Assembly (NCBI GenBank): GCA_963803435.1
Contig: CAWDML010000009.1
Coordinates: 1,408,001 to 1,472,000, forward strand
Origin: an uncultured delta proteobacterium
GTDB taxonomy: Bacteria > Myxococcota > Kuafuiibacteriia > Kuafuiibacteriales > Kuafuiibacteriaceae
Length of the DNA stretch: 64,000 nucleotides
Reading direction: 5' to 3'
Shown here piece after piece: positions 29,193 to 39,822 of the stretch (its first letter is position 1; every line of letters begins with the position of its first letter). Under the pieces are notes generated by a model that had not been told where the DNA came from, did not search any database, and worked only from the letters and a program-made list of their open reading frames with translations. The position numbers were made by a program, and so were the translations under genes.

Positions 29193-32100
29193 GACCGAGG
29201 AGACCGAGGAGACCGAGGAGGGCCAGGAGCGCCGGCCCGCCGCGCGGTCGCTCCGCGGCGCTGCAGCCGCAGCCGCCTCCACCGCCTTTGGGATTGGGCG
29301 CCTCGCAGGAGCCGGCGCGACACTGATCGGCGCCGATCGGACACTGCTCGGTGGCACCGTTTCGCGCGCAGATCGGATCGACCTTGCTCCCACCGGAGCA
29401 ACCGCCCATGCAGCACTCGAGCGCCGCAGCCAGCGGCATGCACACCGGGCCGCCGTCGCCGCCGTCGCCGAACACGCAGAGGCCGTCGGGCCCACACGTC
29501 AGCCCCTGGGGACACTCGCCGCCACCCGGCGTGCAGGCGATGCCCGGATCGGTGGGGTCGTTCGGATCGCTCTCGCCGTCGTCGACGCGCCCGTTGTGGT
29601 TCTGGTCCTCGACGCCGTCGAGGAAGGTGTCGAGATCCGTATCGGCTTCGATCGGGTTGGTGGTCGTGTCGGGATCGAGGTCGGCGATGAAGAAGCCGGC
29701 GGCCTCGTCGGTGCCGAGGTAGACGTAGGGCGGGGTGCCGCCGCCGGCGATCGGCGTGCGCACGCCCAGCTCGAGGCCGTCGAACAGGCCGTCGTCGTCA
29801 GAGTCGGGATCGAGGGCGTTGATGACGTTGTCGCCGTCGGGATCGCCGAGGGGATCCGCGTCGCAGTTGCGGCAGATCTGGCCCTCGGCGCCGTCTCGTA
29901 CGCCGTCGTCGTCGCTGTCGGCGTCGAGCGGGTTCGTCATGGCGACCCGGGCCTCCTGGTAGTCGTCCAGGCCGTCGCGGTCGGTGTCGCCGCTCAGGGG
30001 ATCGGTACCGAGCTCCGCCTCCTCCTCATCGTCGAGGTTGTCGGGATCGCTGTTCACCACCGGAGTGATGGTCACGACCACCCGATCGCTCAGGGAGACG
30101 TCATCCCCGTCGGAGACCGTGAGGTCGAACTGGAGCGGCTCGCTCACCAGCACGGAGGGCGCGGTGAAGCTGGGCGTGAGCGAGGAGGTGGAGCTCAGCT
30201 GGACGCGCACGCCGCCGGTATCGACCTGGGTCCAGGCGTACGTGAGCGTGTCCTGCGGATCGATGTCAGAAGAGCCGCGGGCGTCGAGCTGGTAGCTCCG
30301 CCGCTCCAGCACGCTGCCGTCCGGCCCCGCGTTCGCCACCGGGAGGGTGTTGATCACGGTGATCGTGGAGGAGGTCACCAGCTGGCCGGGCTCCGTCCCG
30401 TCGTGCGGGAGCACCGTGAAGTACCAGCGCTGCCCCTTGATCACGTCGGCGGCGGGGATGATCGCCTGGTTGAACAGATCGGCCCGCTCGACCCCCCGAT
30501 CGTACCAGCGCAGCTCCGAGCCCGACTCAGGATCACCGTCGGGATCGTCGAAGACGTAGATCGCCTCGATCTGCGTCCCGGTGCGGACATCGGTGTTCGG
30601 GCGGATCCGCAGGTTCGAGGCCAGCGGCGGCGAGTTGCCGACGATGACCACGTTCGAGGCGACGGCGGCGCCGACGCCGGGGAGGCCGTCGCTGGGGAAG
30701 ACGCGCGCCTGCCACTGATCGTTCTTGAAGGTCGCGGAGGCCGGGACGGTCAGGCCCTGGATCTGTCCCTGGACCGCCGAGTTCCGCGTCCACTGGATGA
30801 TCGTGCCCACCTCCGGATCGCTGTTCACGTCGGCGTAGGTGTACGTCAGCGTCAGGTCCTGGTTGGAGCGCGCCATCGGCGCCGGCGCCAGCTGCACGTT
30901 GCTCACCACGGGCGGGACGTTGGCGAACTCGATCGTCGCCATACCGCTCGAGCTGCCCTCGACCGACGTGACCATCACGTCGCACATGACGTGCTGCGTG
31001 CTGCGGAGCTGGAGGAACACCGCGCCATTGTTGGACTGGACCTGGTGGCCGGGGAGCGTCGGGTCGGCGTCGGGCGCGACGATCTGAACGCCCGGCTGGC
31101 TGAGGGCGACGGTGTAGAGCGTGCCGTCCACCAGCGGCAGCCCGCTGGTCCCGTGCGCGGGCCCGAAGGAGAGGTCGCCGGTGGTGACGCCGTCCGCGGG
31201 GACCGAGACCGGACCCATCGGAGTCATGATCCCGGCGGGCTGCTCGATGCGCACGATGCGGTAGCTGATCCGCGGCATGGCCACGTCGAAGCGGACGGAG
31301 GCCACCAGATAGTCGTTGTTCGGCCCCTTCACCACCGTGTGCTCGAACGAGTTCTGGTTGTAGACCAGCACCGGGAAGCCGCGCGGATCGAGGACGTTGC
31401 CGGAGGCGTCGAGCCGGGCCGCATAGGTGATGCCGTTGGCCGAGCCGTTGCGGCGATCCTGCCAGACCACCAGCGCACCGTTGAGATCGCCGGCGACCTT
31501 GGGATCGAGCTGATCGTTGACCGCGTTGGAGACGGTGAACGCGCTGCCGATGGCGGTGAGGGCGCCGGTGAAGCGCCGCGCCGCGATGTCGGAGTCGACC
31601 GTGTTGGAGGCGTCCTGCCAGGACGCGACGATGTTGCCGGCGCCGAGCGGCGCCAGCGCGATGGAGGTCTGCGCCAGCGCGGCCGAGAAGACCGTGCTGC
31701 CCGCCGCGGGCGAGACCACGCCGGTGTCGGGGAGCGTCCGCGCGAAGAGATCGATGTCGCCGTTGCGATCGTCCTGCCACGCCACCAGAAAGTTGGTGCC
31801 GACCGAGAGCACCTTCGACTCGGTCTCGAAGGTGGAGCCGGCGGCCGGACCCACCACGTTGAACGGCGCCGGGTCGCTGAAGTTGACGCCGTCGAGCTGC
31901 AGGCGGCGCGCCTGGATCCGGCTCACGCCCGGGACGCCGACGAAGATGGTCTGGAAGGTGATGATGTACTGGTTGGCGGTGAAGCCGACGGCAGGGAGCG
32001 ACTCGGCGTCGGGTCCGCCGTCGGTCACCAGCACACCCGCCGAGGGAATGGTGGTGCCGCTGCCGGCAAGGAACCGCGCCACGAAGATGTCCGGGCTGCC

Positions 32101-32469
32101 GAGGTGCGCCGACTGCCAGGCGATCAAGTGCGTGGCGGAGGACGGGTTGTAGACGATCGCCGGCTGGGTCTGGTTGCCGGCGAGCACCGAGTTCTCGAGC
32201 AGGCCGATCCCGTTCGCATCCATGAGCGTTCCATCCGGCGCGATGCGGACCACGTACAGATCGCTGCCGTTCGCCGCCTGGTTGCGCCCGTCCTCATAGA
32301 CCATCACGTACTGGGTGCCGTCCCACGAGATCGCCGGGGCGCGCTGCGAGGCTTGCGTCGTGAGCGTCAGCTCCGTCTGCGGACCGACGCTGGTCGCCCG
32401 CGCTCCGGAGGCGGCGAAGAGCAGGGTGAAGAGGAGGACGGCAGAGAGCGTCGATCGGAAGGCTGGCAT
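29161..32469 (-). CDS. Large surface protein: beta-rich repeats, Ig/PKD-like domains, Asp-rich Ca-binding (TSP3-like) repeats, Cys-rich region, MYXO-CTERM
   Basis: Signal peptide from ATG 32469; PVANAGPD; DTDRDGL and DSDDDG repeats; C-terminal GGGGGCGC...LLALLGLLGLLGL...RRR. Confidence 0.85.
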   Translation of the reverse strand: MPAFRSTLSAVLLFTLLFAASGARATSVGPQTELTLTTQASQRAPAISWDGTQYVMVYEDGRNQAANGSDLYVVRIAPDGTLMDANGIGLLENSVLAGNQTQPAIVYNPSSATHLIAWQSAHLGSPDIFVARFLAGSGTTIPSAGVLVTDGGPDAESLPAVGFTANQYIITFQTIFVGVPGVSRIQARRLQLDGVNFSDPAPFNVVGPAAGSTFETESKVLSVGTNFLVAWQDDRNGDIDLFARTLPDTGVVSPAAGSTVFSAALAQTSIALAPLGAGNIVASWQDASNTVDSDIAARRFTGALTAIGSAFTVSNAVNDQLDPKVAGDLNGALVVWQDRRNGSANGITYAARLDASGNVLDPRGFPVLVYNQNSFEHTVVKGPNNDYLVASVRFDVAMPRISYRIVRIEQPAGIMTPMGPVSVPADGVTTGDLSFGPAHGTSGLPLVDGTLYTVALSQPGVQIVAPDADPTLPGHQVQSNNGAVFLQLRSTQHVMCDVMVTSVEGSSSGMATIEFANVPPVVSNVQLAPAPMARSNQDLTLTYTYADVNSDPEVGTIIQWTRNSAVQGQIQGLTVPASATFKNDQWQARVFPSDGLPGVGAAVASNVVIVGNSPPLASNLRIRPNTDVRTGTQIEAIYVFDDPDGDPESGSELRWYDRGVERADLFNQAIIPAADVIKGQRWYFTVLPHDGTEPGQLVTSSTITVINTLPVANAGPDGSVLERRSYQLDARGSSDIDPQDTLTYAWTQVDTGGVRVQLSSTSSLTPSFTAPSVLVSEPLQFDLTVSDGDDVSLSDRVVVTITPVVNSDPDNLDDEEEAELGTDPLSGDTDRDGLDDYQEARVAMTNPLDADSDDDGVRDGAEGQICRNCDADPLGDPDGDNVINALDPDSDDDGLFDGLELGVRTPIAGGGTPPYVYLGTDEAAGFFIADLDPDTTTNPIEADTDLDTFLDGVEDQNHNGRVDDGESDPNDPTDPGIACTPGGGECPQGLTCGPDGLCVFGDGGDGGPVCMPLAAALECCMGGCSGGSKVDPICARNGATEQCPIGADQCRAGSCEAPNPKGGGGGCGCSAAERPRGGPALLALLGLLGLLGLTCVRRRPRG

Positions 32470-32518
32470 GAAACCCGCAGAACTTATCACCTGGCGCCAT
32501 GGGATCGTATCGACTAGC

Positions 32519-33526
32519 ATGCCCGCCGTGCTTTCCGTTTTGAGCCTCACCAGCGCGCTGGTGGCCGCATCGCCGGCCAACGCCGACGCGCCGGACCGCC
32601 TGATCACCCAGCAGGGCGTCGAGCTCCGCGCCGACGAGGACGTCTTCGTGCTCTACGCCGCGCTCAACGCGCTCGGCTACGGAGAAGAGACCCGGCACAA
32701 GGGCCCGCCGCTCAAGGCCCCCGTCTTCCACGCGATCCGGGTCGAGGTTCGCGACGCGCTGCGCCAGGCGGACAAGAAGGGCGCCACCGCCGGCCTTCGC
32801 AAGCTGTTCGACGACAACCCGGCCGAGATCGAGGCCTACCTCGAGGCCATCCTCGCCGGCGACAAGGACAAGCTCTCGAAGGACGCCACCAAGCTGAAGG
32901 GCAAGCTCGGCGCGCTCGAGAAGTTCCGGGACGACGCGGACGTGGAGGCACTCTTCGATCAGATCGCCGAGGAGCAGCGCGCGCTCGCGATCACGCTCAA
33001 GAAGAACCTCGAGACCGACTTCGACACCGCCGAGAAGCTGATCGGCACCCACGACCTCCGCGCGCCCGCGTCGCTGGTGGTGGTACCGAATCCCCTCGAC
33101 GGCCACGACATCGTCCGCCGCGTCAGCGTCGGCGACGCTACCTACCTGGTGGTCGGCCCCGGGCTCGAAGCGGCCCAGAGCACCATCCTCTCCGCCAGCC
33201 TGCGGCCGCTGCTCGCCAAGTACGTCAAGGACGCCTGGCCGAACGCGAAGAAGTTCAAGGCGCACTGGGACAGCCTCAAGACCTCGAGCCGCATCACGCG
33301 CCTGTTCCGGGACGACGAGGCCTACTTCACCGCCGGTCTCGCGAACGCGATCGTCTACCAGGTGCGGACCGGCAAGGGCCGCACGAAGGACAAGGACGAG
33401 GACTTCATCGAGGAGCAGAGCAAGGACGGCATGCGCTGGGCCCGCGCAGCGCTCCGGATCCTCGACGAGAGCAAGGGTCAGATGTCGTCCGAGCTGTCCA
33501 AGTCGATCGCCCGCGCCTCGCCCTGA
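32519..33526 (+). CDS. Secreted hypothetical protein (mainly helical)
   Basis: Signal peptide from ATG 32519 (SPANA); strong codon bias. Confidence 0.75.
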   Translation: MPAVLSVLSLTSALVAASPANADAPDRLITQQGVELRADEDVFVLYAALNALGYGEETRHKGPPLKAPVFHAIRVEVRDALRQADKKGATAGLRKLFDDNPAEIEAYLEAILAGDKDKLSKDATKLKGKLGALEKFRDDADVEALFDQIAEEQRALAITLKKNLETDFDTAEKLIGTHDLRAPASLVVVPNPLDGHDIVRRVSVGDATYLVVGPGLEAAQSTILSASLRPLLAKYVKDAWPNAKKFKAHWDSLKTSSRITRLFRDDEAYFTAGLANAIVYQVRTGKGRTKDKDEDFIEEQSKDGMRWARAALRILDESKGQMSSELSKSIARASP

Positions 33527-33550
33527 CGCCTCACCGTCGCGGTCCGCCCA

Positions 33551-34624
33551 TCACTGATAGAAGACGTAGGCCATGCGGGCCTGGTGCTGCGAGTAGTTCT
33601 CACCTTGATCGACCCAACCGTCGATCCCGCGGCTGTTCGAGTTCGCATCGTGGCCGGTGACGCTCAGGCTGGCGCGGTGGGCGGCGTCGAAGGTGATCGT
33701 CTGGTGGTGGTTGGCGCGCGCCTTCAGCCCGTCCGAGCGCCGCACGAAGATGAAGTCGATGCCGGCCTCACCTCGAACGCAGGCCTTCTTGCCGTCGCAC
33801 CACTCGAACATGGGATCGGTGAAGCCGTCGAGCGACTTGGGTGAGCAGCCGGCCGCCGAGAGGGCCGGGTTCATCTCGCGATACCAGCACGCGTAGTCGC
33901 CGCCCGCGGTGAAGGCGCGATCGTTGAAGTCGCCCGCGACGATGTGCAGCTCGGACTGCCCGCCCAGCCCGTGGTGCGCGTTGGCGCCGTTGGACACGCC
34001 CTCCACGGTCTCGAAGATGTTCTTGCTGGAGCAGGGCTTCCAGGTCCAGTGGCGGAGGCTCACCGCGATCACGTGTTTCTTGGCCACCTTGTCCCAGAGC
34101 CTCACCCGGATCGACTCGTACCCCGAGTGGTTCGAGCGTTGGTCGCAGGTCTTGGGTTGCTTGGCGAAGCCGTGCCCCCAGGGCATCCAGGTCTCCTTGC
34201 TGACCAGATCGAAGCGCGCCGCCCGCCAGATGATGCCGGTGGTGACCGGGGGCCGCGGGATGACCTGGGCCTGGAAGCGCGTGTCGTCCGGGTGGTTCTG
34301 CGCCACCACGCCGTCGTACTTGCGTCCCAGGATCTTCTTCATGGCGTCGGCCATGCGGTCGAGGCCCTTCTTTCCGCTCACCTGCTGGACCAGGAAGATG
34401 TCCGGGCGGAGGGGCTTCTCCTTCATGAAGTACACGGAATCGTTCCAGTCGAAGATCATGTTCTCGACGTTGTTCGAGTACACGACCAGGCGGTCGGGAT
34501 CGCTGTTGGTCGCCAGATCGTCGACATCCGTGGCCAGCGCGTCGGACGGCTCGGCAGCGGGGCCGCAGGCCCCGGTGAGGCTCGCAAGGCAGGCGGAGAG
34601 GAGGAGCGATGAAGAGCGGGACAT
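33551..34624 (-). CDS. Endonuclease/exonuclease/phosphatase (EEP)-fold lipoprotein
   Basis: Lipobox LTGAC; VYSNN, DIFLVQQV, IVAGDFND, IDFIF, YSQH. Confidence 0.75.
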   Translation of the reverse strand: MSRSSSLLLSACLASLTGACGPAAEPSDALATDVDDLATNSDPDRLVVYSNNVENMIFDWNDSVYFMKEKPLRPDIFLVQQVSGKKGLDRMADAMKKILGRKYDGVVAQNHPDDTRFQAQVIPRPPVTTGIIWRAARFDLVSKETWMPWGHGFAKQPKTCDQRSNHSGYESIRVRLWDKVAKKHVIAVSLRHWTWKPCSSKNIFETVEGVSNGANAHHGLGGQSELHIVAGDFNDRAFTAGGDYACWYREMNPALSAAGCSPKSLDGFTDPMFEWCDGKKACVRGEAGIDFIFVRRSDGLKARANHHQTITFDAAHRASLSVTGHDANSNSRGIDGWVDQGENYSQHQARMAYVFYQ

Positions 34625-34754
34625 GCGCGACGGTTGTCGGCGAGAAACCTCACGGGTTGCGCGCGCTGGCTTACACGGCGCGCGTAAGCAGACTCGGCGC
34701 ACCGCAGCGAGGCCGCCCGCCGATACCTGCCGCCGGCCGTCTCGGCGCCTCACC

Positions 34755-35220
34755 TCACCACGACTGCACGAGCAACGTCGCTGCGCCGCCAACCGCGAGC
34801 GAGAACGGCGCGATCCGCGCCCGGGCGTCGGCCTCGAAGGCGAGGGTGACGCCCTCCAGGAGCTCCACCGCCACGCCCGCGGCGAAGTAGGGCCCCAGAC
34901 CGAGCTGCGTCTCCGGCGGCTCGAGTCGCACCAGGGCGGCGCCGAGGCCGCCCCGCAGGAACGGCATGACGCGTCCGACCAGCGGATCGAGGAGGAGGTC
35001 CAGGCGCGCGCCGCCGAACAGGCCCAGCTCGTGACGGGTCTCGGCGGCGGCGCCCATGACGGCGCCGCGGACGCCGAGCTCGAAGAGGAAGAGACTCCCG
35101 CCCGGGATCAGCCAGCCGGCCTCGACGGTGCGGGCCGCCCCGAATGCACGCAAGGCCCCGCCGCCGTGGCCCTCCAGCTCGGCCGCGGCGCCCACGGTGA
35201 CGAAACCGCCGTGGCCACGA
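34755..35220 (-). CDS. Small outer-membrane beta-barrel-like protein; 5' end unresolved
   Basis: Alternating amphipathic strands (VMPFLRGGLG, YFAAGVAV) and a terminal Trp. No clean in-frame start, so an indel is possible. Confidence 0.45.
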
Positions 35221-35267
35221 AGAGGAGACGCTTGCGCGGGGGCCGGCGTTGCAGTGAAGAGGACGAC

Positions 35268-35681
35268 ATGGAGAAGGACGAGCCCCGCTGGGACGAAGCG
35301 CCGGACGCCGATCTGATCGCGGAGCTCCTGACCGAGCGCTACCCGATCGAGAAGGGGGAGCGCCTCCGGGTCGAGATCGACGAGCCCGAGCACGCCGCGC
35401 TCCTCACCCTCGACACCGAGCGACGTCTCTATCGGATCCGTGTCGAGTACCTGCGCGGCGCCAAGGATCGGGACCCATGGCTCTTGATCGTCGACGCGGT
35501 CGACAGCCTCTTCGGCACACTCATCGAGTCGAACCGCGCATACCGCGACCTCCCCACCGGCGACGACGTCGAGTTCGACGGCGCGTTCTTCCGCGTCAGG
35601 GTCGAGCACGAGATGCCGGAGATGGACCGGATCGCGGACCAGATCCTGAAGCGCGGAGAGCATCCGGAGGAGGGCGACTGA
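35268..35681 (+). CDS. Hypothetical acidic protein (137 aa)
   Basis: GAGGA RBS before ATG 35268; typical codon bias. Confidence 0.7.
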   Translation: MEKDEPRWDEAPDADLIAELLTERYPIEKGERLRVEIDEPEHAALLTLDTERRLYRIRVEYLRGAKDRDPWLLIVDAVDSLFGTLIESNRAYRDLPTGDDVEFDGAFFRVRVEHEMPEMDRIADQILKRGEHPEEGD

Positions 35682-37253
35682 TCACTCCTCGGTGATCTTG
35701 ATCGTCGTCTCGTCGATCTGGATGACGTCACCCGACTTCAGAAACGTCTGGAGCTTGGGGAGCCCGTTCACTCGGGCAGCCGACGACGAGCCGAGGCGGA
35801 CCAGGAGCAGCGAGTCCCGCACGCGCACCAGCAGGCTGTGGCGGCCGGCGACGTAGCGGCCGCGGAGCTGGATATCCGACTCCCGATCCTTGCCGAGGAT
35901 CGTCACCGGGTTCATCAGCGGTCCGGAGAAGATCTTCTTCGTCCCGTGCTGAACGTCGAGGAAGAACTTCCGCTGCTTCGCGCGGATCGCCATGTTCTTG
36001 TCGAGCTCCCGCTTGTCGACCATCATGGTCGACAGCAGCTGCGACATCGAGCTCTTGCTCCGCTCGAGCAGCACGGAGGGCTCCTCGTAGGCCTCGGCCG
36101 AGTCCTCCTCGCGCGCGCCGTACCACTCCTCGAGCTCTGCGTCGGGCCGGACCTCGCCCCAATCGTCGGCGACATCGTCGAGCTCTCGGGTCTGCTCGGG
36201 GCGATGGGCCGGGAGGGCGCGCACCTTCTTCCGCGGCTTCTTCGCCGGCGCCCGCTCGACCTTGAGCGGCTGGATCGGCCGGCTCCGCGTGCGCCGCTCC
36301 CTCGCCATCTTGGGCGCCTCGACCAGCGGATCGCGCTTGGGTGCCCGCGGGACGGCCTGGATCGGCATGCGCGCCGGCTCGCCGTCGGGATCCTCGTCGA
36401 GATCGCTCGGCGAGATCAGGCTCCGATCGACCACCGAGGGCGGAGGGATGCCCGTCTCGCCGTACGCCTCGGGAAACTCGGTCTCCTCGCGCTCGATGCC
36501 GGAGGACGAGCGGGGCGCGTCGTCCCGCGGGTTCTTCACGTGCACGCTGTCGGGCCCGTCGTAGTCGGCGACGTGCGCGAGATACAGGATCGAGTACTCG
36601 GCGAAGTTCAGGATGTCGCCGTGCTTGAGCCCGTGGCTGCCCTGGATCCGCTTGCGGTTGACGTAGGTGCCGTTCTGGCTGCCGAGGTCCTGGAGCACGA
36701 AGCCCGAGGAGTCGCGGATGATCTCGCAGTGGCGTCGCGACAGCCGGCGCTCGGCGATCTGGACGTCGCAGTCCTTCGCGCGCCCGATCAGGCAGCGCTC
36801 GTTCGTGAGCGTGAAGCGCTGGAGCTCGACGTCGTTGTACTTGAGGACCAGCAGCGGGGCGTCCGGCTCGGCGTCCTCCTGATCGGCGATCGGATCGTCC
36901 GGCGCTTCCAGCTGTGTGACCTCGTGGCGACGCGGGCGTGCGGACTTGATGTCGGGGTCCGGCGAATGATCACTGAAGACGAAGTGGTAGGTCCCCAGCG
37001 TGATGGTGTCGGCGTCGTTGAGCGCCCGGGCGTTCCGGATGCGCTCGCTGTTGACGAAGACCCCGTTCTGGCTGCCGAGGTCCTGCACGGCGAAGCGCCC
37101 GTTCTTGCAGGAGACCTCGGCGTGCCGGCGGGAGAGCGCCAGGTTGTTGATGACGATGTCGTTGTCCTGCGCCCGCCCGATCGTGGTGACGGCCGGATTG
37201 AGCACGAACTTTCGGACCTCCCGACCTTGAACCACCAACGTCAGGTGCGCCAC
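35682..37253 (-). CDS. Triple-FHA-domain protein
   Basis: Two canonical FHA domains (IGRA...LSRRH...DLGSQNG) and a degenerate third (LGKD...VAGRH). Confidence 0.9.
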   Translation of the reverse strand: MAHLTLVVQGREVRKFVLNPAVTTIGRAQDNDIVINNLALSRRHAEVSCKNGRFAVQDLGSQNGVFVNSERIRNARALNDADTITLGTYHFVFSDHSPDPDIKSARPRRHEVTQLEAPDDPIADQEDAEPDAPLLVLKYNDVELQRFTLTNERCLIGRAKDCDVQIAERRLSRRHCEIIRDSSGFVLQDLGSQNGTYVNRKRIQGSHGLKHGDILNFAEYSILYLAHVADYDGPDSVHVKNPRDDAPRSSSGIEREETEFPEAYGETGIPPPSVVDRSLISPSDLDEDPDGEPARMPIQAVPRAPKRDPLVEAPKMARERRTRSRPIQPLKVERAPAKKPRKKVRALPAHRPEQTRELDDVADDWGEVRPDAELEEWYGAREEDSAEAYEEPSVLLERSKSSMSQLLSTMMVDKRELDKNMAIRAKQRKFFLDVQHGTKKIFSGPLMNPVTILGKDRESDIQLRGRYVAGRHSLLVRVRDSLLLVRLGSSSAARVNGLPKLQTFLKSGDVIQIDETTIKITEE

Positions 37254-37281
37254 GGGGTCCGAAGGGTAGCATACCGGCGCG

Positions 37282-38799
37282 CTAGAGGAACAATCCGAAG
37301 CCGAGGGAGAGGTTCGCGCCGCCGAAGGCCGGGCCGCCGGTGTCGAAGCCGATGCGACCGGAGACGCCGAGCCGGGTGAACAGCATCGGCGTGATCGACA
37401 TCAGCAGGTCGACGTCGACGTCCACCCCGAGCCGAAGATGCGTCGTCTTGTCGACGACGTTGTCCGGCGCCGCGTCGAGGTCCCAAACGTCGAGGAAGAA
37501 GTCCCCGCCCGGCCGCAGCATCAGCCGCTCCGAGAGCAGGATCAGGTACCCCAGGCCGAGCTCCCCCGCATACGTGGTGGCCCCGTCGATCGTGACGTGC
37601 GCGCTTCGATCGATCCCGCCCTCCGCCACATCGCGGTGGTAGGCGCGCGCGAAGGACGCTGGGGCCCGGCCGAAGCGTCCCGCCAGCGAGAACGCGAAGC
37701 CGCCCGGGGCGAGATACCCGATCTGGGCGCCGCCGCGGATGATCCCGTTCGGGCTGATCGCGCCCGTCCCGAGCGCCGGCAGCATCTCGCCGTCGAGCGT
37801 CAGGCTGGTGCCCGAGCTCTCGACGCCGTAGTCGAGCTGAACCTCGAGCATCACCTTGCTCTTGTCGAAGAACTGCTCCTCGCGGAGCTCGGCCTCGACG
37901 TCGACCGCATCCAGCGAAGCCCGGGCCTCCGGGCGGCCGTTCTGCGCACGCGGAAACTCCCGGAGCATCGCCTTCACGAACGGGGGCGCGGCCAGGGAGG
38001 CCTTCTGTGCGTCGGTCATCGCGGCGTTGCCCGGCGCGACAAAGCCGTAGGCGAGGAACGGGTGGTGCTCGAGCAGCTTGCCGCCCTCGGGGAAGTCGGG
38101 GAGCTGCCGGCTCCACAGCCGGACCCCCGTCTTGCGATCGAAGAGGAACGCCTGCCCGACCAGCAGTCGGCCGTGCACCGCATACGCGCGGCCCTCGTGC
38201 CGCGCGAGCGGGATCCCGGTGTCTCCAGGGAGCTGCGAGGAGGCCTTCGAGGGCTCGTGGAGCTTGAACTCGTCGACCATCAGCGTGCGGACCACCAGGA
38301 TCGCATCCGCATGGCTTTTGACCCGCACGTCCTCGAGCGTGGCGTCGGACGCAAGCTGGGTTGCACTCACGCTCGAGGCGAGCCGCGACTGACCGGGGGC
38401 AGGAGGGGGGGTCGAGGGGGTCACGGCGAGCGTCGAGGTCACCACCGTCGAGGTCTCCACCGGGGGCGCCGGCGCCACCTCCGGAGTGACGCCCAGGAAC
38501 CGCACCTGGAAGCCGCGCGCCGAGAGGTCGGCCGCCAGCGAGGTGGCCAACGCGTCGTTCATCGCCGCGTCCTCGTGCTCGACGGCCAGCACCGAAGTCC
38601 GATGCGGCGCGGCGAACGGCTCCACGTCAATCGTGTCGCCCGTCGCGATGGGCGGGCCCTTGGCCACCACCACCACGTCGATCGTATGCAGCGTGAGCGC
38701 CGACAGCTCGCCGCGGGTGTACGAGCGGGCCGTGACGCCGCCGACGCTGGTGCACGCTGTACCGAGGAAGAGGAAGAGCACGAGACCGGCGCGGCGCAT
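37282..38799 (-). CDS. Lipoprotein with C-terminal beta-barrel-like region
   Basis: MRRAGLVLFLFLGTAC; C-terminal amphipathic strands ending ANLSLGFGLFL. Confidence 0.65.
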   Translation of the reverse strand: MRRAGLVLFLFLGTACTSVGGVTARSYTRGELSALTLHTIDVVVVAKGPPIATGDTIDVEPFAAPHRTSVLAVEHEDAAMNDALATSLAADLSARGFQVRFLGVTPEVAPAPPVETSTVVTSTLAVTPSTPPPAPGQSRLASSVSATQLASDATLEDVRVKSHADAILVVRTLMVDEFKLHEPSKASSQLPGDTGIPLARHEGRAYAVHGRLLVGQAFLFDRKTGVRLWSRQLPDFPEGGKLLEHHPFLAYGFVAPGNAAMTDAQKASLAAPPFVKAMLREFPRAQNGRPEARASLDAVDVEAELREEQFFDKSKVMLEVQLDYGVESSGTSLTLDGEMLPALGTGAISPNGIIRGGAQIGYLAPGGFAFSLAGRFGRAPASFARAYHRDVAEGGIDRSAHVTIDGATTYAGELGLGYLILLSERLMLRPGGDFFLDVWDLDAAPDNVVDKTTHLRLGVDVDVDLLMSITPMLFTRLGVSGRIGFDTGGPAFGGANLSLGFGLFL

Positions 38800-39731
38800 C
38801 AATTCTTCCTGCATACGAAGTGGGTGTAGGTAATTCCGTAGTGGAGGTCGACGACCTGACACTGGAAGCTCGGTCCAAGATCCGAGCAGTCCGAGCCGGG
38901 GCCGCCGCAGATCCGCGTGCACACGTTCTGGAAGCACAGACCGTACTGGCACATGTCGTCACCGTCGATCGTGTTGCTCGGGCAGGCCTGACCGAGCGGG
39001 ATCCGGTCCGAGTCGAGCCGCGAGCACACGGCGACGTGGTCGACGTCGCGCGGCTCGTGGATGTTCCGCCAGACGCACTTGGTGGGGGCGTCGCACTGCG
39101 AGGGCGTGTCGCAAGGCACCTCGCAGAGGTTGAAGTCGGGACGCTCTCGAGAGGCCATCCCGCGCGCGCAGACACGCTGGCCGTCGCACTCGGTGGTCCG
39201 GTCGCCGCGGGCCCGGCAAAACGGCGCGCAGACCCCGGTCGAGCACACGCCGTTTGGGCACTCATCGTCCGCCGTGCAGTCGTCGTAGTAACGCTTGCTG
39301 CCGTCCACAGGCGGCGTACAGACCGTGGCTGCCTGACCCTCGGGCGCGCTGCAGACGAACGCGCCGCACGCCAGATCATCGTTGCACGCGGTGATCACGG
39401 CGCAGCCCGGATCGTCGACGACGCCGTTGCAGTCGTCGTCCAGACCGTTGCAGAGATCCGTCTCGCCGCACTCGCGGACCTGCCGAATACAGAGACCCTC
39501 AGGCTCGATACCGCTCAGATCCTGGCTCACGCCCAGCCGGCAGGTCATGTCCCGCGGGCAGTCGTTCAGGCCGCTGCAGCTCTTGGTGCAGTAGCTCTTC
39601 GCCTGGTTCACGTCGAAGACGCAGGTCGGGTTGTCGGATCCGCAGTCCCCGTCGACGTTGCATTCACCGCCCGGGACGGCGTCGACGCACGACAGGGGCA
39701 CGAGCAGGAGCAGGAGCAGAAGAGCGCGCAT
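38799..39731 (-). CDS. Cysteine-rich lipoprotein with a CNGLDDDCNG (putative metal-binding) motif
   Basis: MRALLLLLLLVPLSC; many CxxDxxC modules. Confidence 0.8.
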   Translation of the reverse strand: MRALLLLLLLVPLSCVDAVPGGECNVDGDCGSDNPTCVFDVNQAKSYCTKSCSGLNDCPRDMTCRLGVSQDLSGIEPEGLCIRQVRECGETDLCNGLDDDCNGVVDDPGCAVITACNDDLACGAFVCSAPEGQAATVCTPPVDGSKRYYDDCTADDECPNGVCSTGVCAPFCRARGDRTTECDGQRVCARGMASRERPDFNLCEVPCDTPSQCDAPTKCVWRNIHEPRDVDHVAVCSRLDSDRIPLGQACPSNTIDGDDMCQYGLCFQNVCTRICGGPGSDCSDLGPSFQCQVVDLHYGITYTHFVCRKN

Positions 39732-39822
39732 TCGGCCCCGGAACCCAAGCCCACCAGGAGCCAGGAGGTCCAGCGCTCCTTTGGGACTCTTTTTTACATA
39801 ACGTCCATTATCGGACACACCC

